Source of the DNA: Octopus bimaculoides
Lineage: Eukaryota
Assembly (NCBI RefSeq): GCF_001194135.2
Contig: NC_068991.1
Location: forward strand, 72,526,416-72,590,415
DNA length: 64,000 bases
Reading direction: 5' to 3'
Notes under the pieces: generated by a model
The model's database searches: none
What the model saw: only the letters and a program-made list of their open reading frames with translations
What the model was told of the DNA's origin: nothing
Shown: one piece after another, positions 52,926 to 64,000 of the stretch
Position numbering within the stretch: the first letter of the stretch is position 1
How the letters are laid out: each line of letters starts with the position of its first letter
Translations under genes and position numbers: made by a program

Positions 52926-53282
52926 GACCCCTAGGGGTGGATGTTACTGTTGCTTTAGCCCCAGGAGGACATCTCCTCCAGCTGGCTTATCGACACACTA
53001 CTGTGTCCTGTTTGTTTTGCCAAGGGAAGTTATCCCTCTCATCGTGATCGTAGCACGAATGGACCCGGGTTTCAGGGTTATTTCCCTTCGTCAGCGTCCG
53101 ATAGCTACCGACCTTCGATAGCTACCATAACCCTGAAACCCGGGTCCGTTCGTGCTACGATCACGATGAGAGGGATAACTTCCGTTGGCAAAACAAACAG
53201 GACACAGTAGTGTGTCGATAAGCCAGCTGGAGGAGATGTCCTCCTGGGACTAAAGCAACAGTAACATCCACCCCTAGGGGTC
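52926..53282. repeat. Near-perfect palindrome (156-bp arms, 3 mismatches, 45-bp spacer)
   Basis: Arms 52926-53081 and 53127-53282; the left end is cut by an assembly gap. Confidence 0.9.
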
Positions 53283-53988
53283 AGCCACACTTAAGTGGCA
53301 ATACACTTCACTATATATATATATATATACATATATATATTATCCATATTTTACTATGGCTGGGTAGCCAGTGTATTTTGACTGGAATCTAACAAGAGAA
53401 ATCTAGTTTCATAGTTAGTCCAGAGTTGCCTCTCTTTCCAGTTTTCAATGTTGATGAAGGCTCCCCAAACTCACTTGATGTGTTTACAACTTTTTGACTA
53501 CAACTAGAATATTTCTCTAATCCAAAATGCAGTGAATGACCTTCTTAAGTGTTCAAATGTGTTTCAAGCTTATTTGAACTGATTACAAGTTCAGTTATAT
53601 AATGTTTATTTTTATGTGAAATTATCTTTAAAAATAATTTATCATTAAACTGAAGGACTACTTAATACAAAGAGCATATTTATTAATTTTTATGATGGGA
53701 AGGTTGACAGTAACTTCAATATTTCGACTCATCACCTTTCATCACCAACCTGTTTATGTGTAAATGTTTTAAATATTTTTGTTTTAAAGCCAAAACAATG
53801 CAACTTATAAAAATTAATAATAATACAAGTCAATGGTTAGTACTATTTATTAACTAGTATTTCAATGTTTCAAAGCTGAAATATCATGTAATAGTACTAA
53901 CCATTGACCTGTATTAATGCTATTTATAACTTGCACTATGTGTGGTTTAAAAAAATATTCAAAACATTTATATATATATATATACACA

Positions 53989-54070
<82 letters not shown>

Positions 54071-54071
54071 C

Positions 54072-54116
<45 letters not shown>

Positions 54117-54117
54117 C

Positions 54118-54160
<43 letters not shown>

Positions 54161-55296
54161 CACACATACATATATATATATATTGATAGTGATGTTGAAG
54201 TTTTGGTCAGCTAAACCATAATTAGACTGTAATGCATTAAGTTAATCTTGTATTTATATAGTACCTGGGGAGATAAAATTTTTCTGAGATTTGCTCAGTT
54301 GAATGGTAATTAAGTTGTAGAGTAGAAGTTGTGATGGAGAGATGTTGTGGAGAAATTTTTTATTGATTAAAGTTGGGGTTATGTTATTGTTCAGAATTTA
54401 TTCATGCATGTACAACTTTGTAAACAGGTGTGTATATTTAGGGCTGTTAGCTTCAGGTCATAAGATTGCTTTTTAGCGGTTCACAAAAAGGAAGTAGGTA
54501 TGGTAGGGGAAGATTTTAGGTCTGAAGATATGCCTTATTTTTAGTTATTATTGGTCTTATCAGATTTCATTCTTTGCTTTGGCAATGTAAAAGAATATAT
54601 ATTGTTCACACAACATGTGGACATTAAGCCACATGTGCAATACAAGCACTGCCTGCTTAGTTCAGATGTCACTTGGTTTAAACCACTTCCTTGTCCTTGA
54701 GTGCCTCTATTGGAGTCCGTTCTCTTGTAGGCATTTATGCCAGGTGTCCTGTGAGAGGATAACTTTCTCCTTTCCTCTTACCATTCTTGGAGTCCTTGAA
54801 AACAGCCATGAGTACTATTTGTCCTCTTGTGACTCATTGAAAAACGTTTATGCAAAGTCTAGTTTGTTTTAATTAAACTGGGTTGACATATTTTTCATAT
54901 GTGGAAGGCAGAATGATCAAGTTGATCGTTGCTGAGATTTGAATACAGATTGTAAAGGGACATAATTCAAGTCATAATAGGTTTAGCATGGCAGTTAATT
55001 ATGTCCAACATGTTGCTACCCCTATGTTGACCAGATTTTAGAAAAAAAATCAGAGTGAAGTGGCAGCCTTTACCATTAACACTGGAAAGTTTTGAAAACT
55101 ACTTTCCCTGTTTATTCTTTCCTAAAATATTTTATTGTATTTTGATTTATTTAATGCTTTCACCAAGGAACCTCTTTCAAATTGGTGAAATTTTCCTTGG
55201 TATTTAGTTGGAATCTAATGTGTACCAGTGGCTATTTCCTTCAAACTAGGAAATATTTATGCATTCAAATAAACATAACAGATATGTGTATGCGTG

Positions 55297-55331
<35 letters not shown>

Positions 55332-55446
55332 ATTCTATTATTCATAAGATACATTGATGAGATGAGGCAGATTTTAGGCTCATAGTTATTTTGAGTGATC
55401 TAATGTGTATGTGGATAAATGTATATCATCTATCTATCTATCTATC

Positions 55447-55487
<41 letters not shown>

Positions 55488-56023
55488 GTATGTATGTATG
55501 TATGTATGTATGTATGTATGTATGCATGTGTGTGCGTATATATGTATGTATATATGTGAGTGTGTGTGTTATTATAGAGCAAATTGTTTTCAGCTGTGTA
55601 TATTTTCCGCATACAATCACGCACTCACACGTGCACATGCACAAACACACATTCACTTTCACACACACACACACTCATGCATATGCACATTCTATGTTTA
55701 AAGCATATTAATTTGCAGATAGTTGAATACATTGATTCGCATTTTGTAATTTTATATTACTTTTTTACTGCAAATTTTTTATTTATTTTTAAGATTTTCC
55801 ATTTTCTCATTTGGTTTTGAAACATACACACATTTCTTCCACCATGCAAATATATTTTGTCTGCTTAGAAAGTCAAATAAATAAGTTTGTATAACTTTAG
55901 TAAATTTCAATCTTGATATTAAACAGCAACAAAAAGACAGCATTAATTATAAGAAAATAGATTAAATTGGAAAATCTTAAATATTTAACATTTTGCATTC
56001 ATTTGAGCAAAATTGAGAAAAAC

Positions 56024-56264
56024 AGTAAAGTTTATTTGCCAACAGAATGTGGTGGTCCTTTAAAGGAAGATGTCACTCTTGTTTAAGCTCCAGGAAAACA
56101 TCTTTTCCAGTTGGTTATTGACACAGTATCTGTGTTCCTATAGTGTTTGCAAGGGAGGTCATCGCTCCCATCTCCAGCTGGAAAAGATGTTTTCCTGGGA
56201 CTTAAACAAGAGCAGCAACATCCTTTAGAGGACTGCCACATTCTGTTGGCAAATAAACTTTACT
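56024..56264. repeat. Older palindromic element related to 52926-53282
   Basis: agtaaagtttatttgccaacagaatgtgg / ccacattctgttggcaaataaactttact; shares the gatgt.act..tg.tt.ag..ccagga..acatct..tccag.tgg segment. Confidence 0.8.
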
Positions 56265-56540
56265 ATTCGCTACTATTACTGTATATCTATCGATGAGAGA
56301 TTTAAAACAAGTTGTTTTTCTCTATTGAGAAAAGCAGTTTGCCACATGTCTGTGTGTTCATGAAACTAGAGTTTATTCAGATTTTCAAAGTATTTATGTT
56401 GACAGTTGAAAAGTCTAACCCTAATCCTAACCCTAATCCTAACCGTAACTGGATGCTTGTCTGTTGCAGACTTAAGCCACAGATGTGACTGGTATTTATT
56501 TTCCAGTGAAACAACAGTCATGTAGCTCAGGAAATGAAGT

Positions 56541-56797
56541 GCCTTGTTCAAGAACTCAGTTCACTGCTCAGTTTGATAATCAAGCCTTGCTCAATGTGTC
56601 GTGTACTGTTTGGTCTGAGAAATGATCCTCGCACAAAGACTCAGTACATTAATCAGTCTGAGAGCCAAGCCTTGCATAAGGACCCAGTGAATTGCTCACT
56701 CCAAGAATTGAGCCTTGGTCAAGGATTCAGTGCAGTGCTCAGTTTGAGGGTTGAGCTTTGGTCAACGAACCAATGCACTACTCAGTCTGAGAATTGA
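56541..56797. repeat. Six degenerate 42-43-bp tandem units inside a SINE
   Basis: Units start GCCTTG-like and end TGA/CAA; each contains CTCAGT(C/T)TGAG-like sequence. Confidence 0.75.
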
Positions 56798-58023
56798 AAC
56801 CCATGAGTTAATGATCATGAGCTCAACAATGCAACCATTAGGCTATGTACTTTATACCTTCACTGAGCCAATAATAGAGATTGAAATTAATTTTATGTTG
56901 GTGGAAACTTGATTCTTGAGGAATAATAATACAACCTGATGGTAACTCCTCATAATCATTTAACATCCACTTTTCCATGCTTGCATGGGTCAGATGGAAT
57001 TTGTGGAGGCAGATCTTCCATTGATGGATGCTCTTATCATCAACCCTCACCTGTTTCCCAGTAAGGTTACATTTCCCCATTACCAAACATATTTTTCACA
57101 GAAGACTTGTATGTTGGTGATGCTCGTTTACAACCATCATGTGATGTCAAGGTTATTATTGTCATTATTGTATCATGACAAAACAAAAAAAGCACCAAAG
57201 CCATATTCACCTTCCCGAATCCTTTCTATTTGTGTGTTTTCTCTTTGAAAAAGACCACAATTGCATAGAATATAGAATTAATAATATTCACACTTAATAT
57301 CAAGTTGTGAAAGCATTTCTAAGAACACAATTCCATTCTATAGAAATACTTACTCAATACTTTTCTCCTGGATATTTAAATACAACTTTTAGTCTCTGCA
57401 CCTGTATCAATAAGATGTATGTATTTGATAATATATTTCTCTTACGAATAATGCATATTTTGTACATCAGTGAGCAGCTGTGTGGTTTCATAATGTTTAA
57501 AAACCCTTAGTTATGTAATTTGTTATTGCTTATAATTTACCACCATGGATTAAACTAATTTTGTAATTTGATTTTTATTTATTTTGTACACATTATCAGG
57601 AAATAGCATTCTCTCTTTATTGAAGCTAACATTTTCAAAGAGAAACATTTACACTATGTATCCCTCTGTGAAATAAATTATCACCTCGATAAATAGACTT
57701 AATCCCATGATTAATATTGATGAATATTAATCTTAATAGTCATTAATTAAAACCTATTGAAATTTAGTAAAACATCACTGAGTTATATTTCCAAATAGTT
57801 TGAGTTAAAAACCTGCTCAGTTTATACTCAGACATTTTAAAAGAATAGTAATATTTAGAGTGAAGCTTTTTATTATTTTCATTGCTGGCTACTCATACAC
57901 ACACACACACACACACACATAATATGTGTGTACATGTGTGTATATATATATATATATATATATGATATAATGTATGTATGCATGGGTGTATACGTACGTG
58001 TGAGTGTGGGTGTATATATATAG

Positions 58024-58055
<32 letters not shown>

Positions 58056-58138
58056 ATGTATAAATAGGTATGTATGTGTATATGTATGTATGTGTGTATA
58101 TATATGTATGTATGTGTATATATATATGTATACATATA

Positions 58139-58170
<32 letters not shown>

Positions 58171-58598
58171 CATATANNNNNNNNNNNNNNNNNNNNNNNN
58201 NNNNNNNNNNNNNNNNNNNNNNNNNNNNNNNNNNNNNNNNNNNNNNNNNNNNNNNNNNNNNNNNNNNNNNNNNNNNNNNNNNNNNNNNNNNNNNNNNNNN
58301 NNNNNNNNNNNNNNNNNNNNNNNNNNNNNNNNNNNNNNNNNNNNNNNNNNNNNNNNNNNNNNNNNNNNNNNNNNNNNNNNNNNNNNTTCATTTTCTGCCT
58401 TTATTACTTTATTCTGAGAGAGATGTGTTTGAGAAGCTTCTTTTTGCACGATAGTTGTGGCCCAGTCACCTCTCCTGGTTCTAGACCCAAGGACAGTGCC
58501 TTAGGAAGGAATACCTGAGATTGCATCTGTTTTTGATTTTCTTCCTTTTTTTTTTTTGTACAAACTATGTTGATGGCATTATTTGTTTTCTAATCCAG

Positions 58599-58658
58599 AT
58601 GATGAAAGAAGCTAGAAGTTCGATCATGAGTGGCTCATCGACTTTAAAGCCAGGAGAG
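58599..58658 (+). CDS. 60-nt phase-0 exon, copy 2: MMKEARSSIMSGSSTLKPGE (probably BRSK tail)
   Basis: ttttctaatccAG/GTaaga; 44/60 nt and 13/20 aa identical to copy 1. Confidence 0.75.
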
Positions 58659-60400
58659 GTAAGACAACCATGCATCGACTGCAGTGCACTGAGCTAATTT
58701 AAATCAGTGTATTGCTGCCTTTGCTGTAGTCACCTCAGATGTTGTCTTGGAGGCTATTTTTGTTTATAATTGACTTTATCTTTCACTTTACTCCCAAATT
58801 TTTTTAATTCCACGCATGAATTTTGGACATAGAGTGGAAGTTCAATTATAAACAACTGTTTTTCTCCCAAGACCCCTAATAGAATGTAGAATTTATTAGA
58901 ACCACTTTCCCTTGAAACAGGTACTTCTGTTATTCCTTGAATGATGATGAAAAAAAAAAAAAGAAATCAATAAGATGGTGGTATAAAGGCGTGTGTAGTT
59001 GGTACAAAATATCTTTGCCTTTATTTGGAAGCTGCTGAGTAAAACCAATTGAAAATATTTAGTGATGTTTAATTGATATTTATTAACATCACTTGAATAA
59101 TGTTTGGAAGAGTACTACACATATCGTTGTTTGGAATGGGAAATGAAACAATATACAGATTTAAAATACATAAACCATTTTTTTTTCATTAGAAAATGAA
59201 TAACTAAATATATTAATAAATAAACCAAATTTTAAAAGCACTCAAAAACAGAAAATTATCCTCATCTTAATGATGTGTTTTGATTTCGTATAATGTTGAG
59301 ATTTTTAAAGATTATCTTCAAAATGGTTTTGAGATGAAAATGTCCTATATTTTTAAAAAATTAAAGATTTTTAGTGTTTCCATGACTATTTCTTATTTTA
59401 AATTTCATTCTATCTACACAAAAATATAAGTGTAATTCAAAACACCCATCAGTAAAATATTCTAAGTATATACTCTCGTCTTTTCCTCACACATGAACCC
59501 TATTAAGGTGTTAAAATATATTTTTGGCTGAAATATACCTTTATGTATTTTTAAAGGGCTCTAAAATTTTTATAATTTCTTTAAACTTTTGAACTGTTCA
59601 TTTCAGTGGACTTTCAGACGTTTCTTCCAGGTTCAATCAAACCTGGGTTGTGTACCCAATTCAAAAATGTCCTTTTTATTTTAATGCTAACTTTTTTAGA
59701 TCCAATTTATAATTATTCATCTGCTATGCCCCTTTCTTCGTATGCTGTGGCATTAGCATCTACAAAGAAACTGAAGCATGCAGGCAACAATTTCAGAATC
59801 CCTTTGTTGCACAGCTGCCCACAGAATCTTATAGTCCAACGATCAAATTGGTTGTAGAATTACTTCTGGTAATCCCATCCTAATCTTTTAAAACATGCCA
59901 GAAATAAATATAGATAGATAGGTGCAGGCATGACTATGTGGTTAGAAGTTTTCTTCCCAACCACATGGGTTCAGTCCTGCTATGTGGCATCTTGGGCAAG
60001 TATCTTCTACTAAAGCATCAGACTGACCAATGCCTTCTAAATGGGTTTGGTAAATGGAAACTGAAAGAAACATGTCGTATATGTGTGTGTGTGTGTATGT
60101 CTTTGTGTCCGTGTTTATACCCCACCACTGCTTGGCAACCAGTGTTGGTGTGTTTACATCCCTGTAACTTAGCAGTTTTCCAAAAGAGACCAATAGACTA
60201 AATGCCAGGCTTAAAATAACCAATACTGGAGTTGATTAGTTCAACCAAAATTCCTCAAGGTGGTGCCCCAGCATGGCCGCAGTCTAATGACTGAAACAAG
60301 TTAAAGATAGAGTAAAAGATGCTGAACTGTTGGATACAAATATGTCCATCAATGTAAGCCCTCTTTTTTAGTTTCCATATTTATATTGTTATTAGTTGTA

Positions 60401-60796
60401 GGCGTAGGAGTGGCTGTGTGGTAAGTAGCTTGCTTACCAACCACATAGTTCCGGGTTCAGTCCCACTGCGTGGCACCTTGGGCAAGTGTCTTCTACTATA
60501 GCCTCGGGCCGACCAAAGCCTTGTGAATGGATTTGGTAGACGGAAACTGAAAGAAGCCCGTCACATATATATATATGTGCGTGTGTGTGTGTCTGTGTTT
60601 GTCCCCCCCCCACACACACACACACTTGACAACCGATGCTGGTGTGTTTACGTCCCCGTAACTTAGCGGTTTGGCAAAAGAGACCGATAGAATAAGTACT
60701 AGGCTTACAAAGAATAAACCCTGGGGGTCGATTTGCTCGACTAAACGCGGTGCTCCAGCATGGCCACAGTCAAATGACTGAAACAAGTAAAAGAGC
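60401..60796 (+). mobile_element. Full-length CORE-like tRNA SINE
   Basis: Highly similar to 22788-23185. Confidence 0.88.
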
Positions 60797-61538
60797 AAAA
60801 GAGAAAGAGAGAGTCTCCATACCATCAACTTTGTCAGTCCACCTTACTGAACAGATGCAGCTTCAACATGTCTTTAACAGGCATTTCAAAGAACGGTCAT
60901 TACCATCATTGGTGTTGGCAGCAACACAATGTTGACTTGCAAAGACTTGCAAAGATAAATTTTAATGGGAATTTTAATGGGAATTTTAATGCGCTATAAA
61001 CTATTTCTGTTTCACAGTCTCTATATATACTCATATGACATTTTATAAAAAACATATTAAATTTTTTCTTTATATGTTAATCAACATACCATGTTAATTA
61101 AGTTTTCATGCATTTAGTTAACTAACTTTTAGTAATATGTTTAACATAACTAACTTTTAGTAATGTATTTAACGTAAATTTTACTAACATAATTCTTAAC
61201 TTACAATCTCCATTATTTCAGTTCAAATACTTACATTAAAAATTTTTAATTTTTTAAAAACATTTCTAAATTCTAATATAATTTTTCAACCTAATAAAAG
61301 GGTTAAAATTTAGATATCTAACTTCATTTCTTTAACAAATTCAATTAGCATCATATTAAATACAGAAAAATAATAATAAAAAAAAAAACAGGCTTCTCAT
61401 AGAACTAACAACGGTTGGTAAAAATTGTCTAAGAATTCCTAGATTTCAACAAAGTATGGTTGAATCTGTACTTGTTTCTTTTCTCTTGGCATGAGCATGC
61501 ACTGTTTAAGCCTCACCTCATGTAGAAATCTTCTCATT

Positions 61539-61600
<62 letters not shown>

Positions 61601-62196
61601 NNNNNNNNNNNNNNNNNNNNNNNNNNNNNNNNNNNNNNNNNNNNNNNNNNNNNNNNNNNNNNNNNNNNNNNNNNNNNNNNNNNNNNNNNNNNNNNNNNNN
61701 NNNNNNNNNNNNNNNNNNNNNNNNNNNNNNNNNNNNNNNNNNNNNNNNNNNNNNNNNNNNNNNNNNNNNNNNNNNNNNNNNNNNNNNNNNNNNNNNNNNN
61801 NNNNNNNNNNNNNNNNNNNNNNNNNNNNNNNNNNNNNNNNNNNNNNNNNNNNNNNNNNNNNNNNNNNNNNNNNNNNNNNNNNNNNNNNNNNNNNNNNNNN
61901 NNNNNNNNNNNNNNNNNNNNNNNNNNNNNNNNNNNNNNNNNNNNNNNNNNTTTTTTTTTTTTTTTTTTACAAATTTATTTAAAGATTTTTCAAGCAAATA
62001 TTTTTTTAATTTTTTTTCAACAAAATATTATTTTTTTGATCATGAACTTTCTTCTTTCAATATTTTTTTGAATGATTTTCTAAAAAATATTTATTGAAAA
62101 TTTTTAGATAATAATAATGATGATGATGATGTTGATGATTTCAGTGATTTTTCTGATAATATTTGCGATGATACTGATAACTATTTTTACATTCAG

Positions 62197-62223
62197 ATGA
62201 AACGAGAAAATGTTGAGCTGTGA
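62197..62223 (+). CDS. Candidate terminal coding exon MKRENVEL*
   Basis: ctatttttacattcAG acceptor in phase 0, compatible with the preceding donors; short ORF to TGA. No homology support. Confidence 0.35.
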   Translation: MKRENVEL

Positions 62224-63424
62224 TGTTCATGCCTTTCCTATTGGTATGAGCAATGAAAATTAGATAGTTCCACTTGAAGTAAAGAAGGGACACAACTGCT
62301 TAATAGCTTGTCAACATCCGTTGGTTTCTTACATTACCAAAAGATTAAAGAAATTAAGTCAAAACTAACACCAAAACGATATCTCACCGTATTTAATTGT
62401 ATCTTACCATGTTTTGGGTTTGATTTTGTTTTAATGTTGATTTTGACTTTGGTCAAAATTTGGTCACCTGCCATAAAAATAATTCCTAGAAACACAGGCG
62501 CAAGCATGGCTGTGTGGTAAGAAGTTTGCTTGCCGACCACATGGTTTTGGGTTCAATCCCACTGCGTAGCAAATTGGACAAGTGTCTTCTACTATAGCCT
62601 CAGGCTGAAAGGATGACAGACAACGTTGACCATGACAGTATTTAGAAACAGAATGTAAAGAGATGGAAGAAATACCACACAGCATTTTTTTTCTCAATGC
62701 TCTAACAATCTTGCATGCTAACTGCCTTAACATCAACAACAACAGCAACAACAATAATAACAACCATAATAATTAACAACAACAATAATTTCTTTATTGG
62801 CCACAAGGGCCTTAACATGCAATACAAACATCATACAAAAGGAGTTACGAAACTTGCATAGAATGTACAGCATCATCATCTTCATCATCCTCATCATTGT
62901 CATCGTCATCATTATCATCATCATCATTTTCATTTTCATTTTCACATATATGATAAGCAGTGGCAGATTGCAAGAACTGAGTATAGTAAAAGAGATGTTA
63001 GAATCTGTCATCTTGACAGGGTTAGAACACCTTACAGCTTGATCCCCTTCAGATTCAGACATGTGTATCTCTAGCTTTAGGAATGCCGAGGGAAGTGTTC
63101 CTTCAGCTCTACATAGACTGTTGGTGTAGTTTTCCCCAGTAACCTGTCACTTTGGGTACTTGGTATTTGTCCAAGAACTGTGAGTTTCATGAACTGCAAG
63201 GGAAATGGGCTCTTTTGTCATGAGGGACTTTCAGCGTCATCTTGCCTTCTGTCTCAGCTCATTCTGCCACTTCTCTCTCTTTTTATTCTTTCCAATGTCT
63301 TCTCATTTTTCTCTGGAAATCATCTCGTCAGCTTCCGTTTGAGACAGTGATGACGGAGATTATAACATATGTGGGAATGTACACACATAGTTATATAAAA
63401 AAAAGTTATATTAAGTATATAAGT

Positions 63425-63805
63425 CGTGGCACTCCGTCGGTTACAACGACGAAGGTTCCAGTGGATCCGATCAACAGAACAGCCTGCTCATGAAGTTAAC
63501 GTGTAAGTGGCTGAGCACTCCACAGACACATGTACCCTTAACGTAGTTCTCGGGGAAACTCAGCATGACCCAGTGTGTGTCAAGGTTGGCCCTTTGAAAT
63601 ACAGGTACAACAGAAACAGGAAGAAAGAATGAGAGAAAGTTGTGGTGAAAGAGTACAGCAGGGTTCGCCACCATCCCCTGCCAGAGCCTCGTGGAACTTT
63701 AGGTGTTGTCGCTCGATAAATACTCACAACACCTGGTCTGGGAATTGAAACCATGATCCCACGACCGCGAGTCCACTGCCCTAACCACTGGGCCATTGTG
63801 CCTCC
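63425..63805 (-). mobile_element. Full-length tRNA SINE (fourth family)
   Basis: Minus strand GGAGGCACAATGGCCCAGTGGTTAGGGCAGTGGACTCGCGGTCG...; the head matches 5670-5725 and the body matches 7270-7420 and 31285-31460. Confidence 0.8.
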
Positions 63806-64000
63806 ACAGTATATAAAAGTATATGGAGTATATTAAGATGCTTAGAACTGACAGTCAAATATTTTAAAGTCAACATGGCTAACTTCTTCAGGACATCTGT
63901 AGAGAGCATTCTTCTCTATAAGTGATGAATCCTGGACTATGAAGAAAGTGCTTTAGGATTGCCTTGATGGCACCAAAGAGGAAATTTATGGACACATTCT

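Noticed and set aside
56415-56449. Telomere-like (CCCTAA)n; a similar tract at about 33215-33232
   Set aside because: Only 5-6 imperfect units; adequately explained as a SINE-associated simple repeat.
56541-56797. CRISPR-like periodic array
   Set aside because: The units are contiguous degenerate tandem repeats with no unique spacers and no cas genes, in a eukaryotic intron.
8485-61950. Assembly gaps nearly always adjacent to (TA)n
   Set aside because: This is a sequencing/assembly artefact; small exons could be hidden in the gaps but cannot be assessed.
4778-62071. Dozens of long ORFs rich in YI, HT, CV, SL or poly-X
   Set aside because: These are translations of (TA)n, (CA)n and (CT)n microsatellites or N gaps, not genes.
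9609-63805. tRNA genes
   Set aside because: All tRNA-like segments are SINE heads fused to repeat bodies; none gave a complete cloverleaf with an acceptor stem.

Overview
AT-rich eukaryotic genomic DNA with many assembly gaps and microsatellites. The SINE, MITE and microsatellite landscape looks like octopus/coleoid cephalopod (inference). There are no prokaryotic systems. The window is the 3' half of one + strand gene, a BR serine/threonine (SAD/BRSK) kinase. I reconstructed 10 phase-consistent GT-AG exons between 1295 and 38532 (1105 nt, about 368 codons). They run from the UBA domain through the Ser/Pro-rich linker, the [14 protein letters not shown] motif and the SWFG autoinhibitory segment to the KA1 domain; the kinase domain lies upstream of the window. 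Downstream are two paralogous 60-nt phase-0 exons (44435-44494 and 58599-58658) and a possible terminal exon (62197-62223). Introns hold tRNA-derived SINEs, RTE, CR1/L2, Penelope and Gypsy remnants, DD41D, DD37D and pogo transposase relics, and many MITEs and foldbacks. Most notable: (1) the duplicated C-terminal exon; (2) a tRNA-headed SINE-like element with a Penelope-type minimal hammerhead motif, found in inverted or head-to-head arrangements; (3) a 226-bp multi-hairpin insertion with a 13-bp TSD inside a ~4-kb inverted Penelope pair; (4) an in-frame alternative donor adding 16 aa before the autoinhibitory region; (5) an antisense decayed coding relic with a 12-bp SQSL repeat. All homology calls are from memory of family motifs; no database search was run. 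Exon and TIR coordinates were counted by hand; ends of old repeats are approximate.
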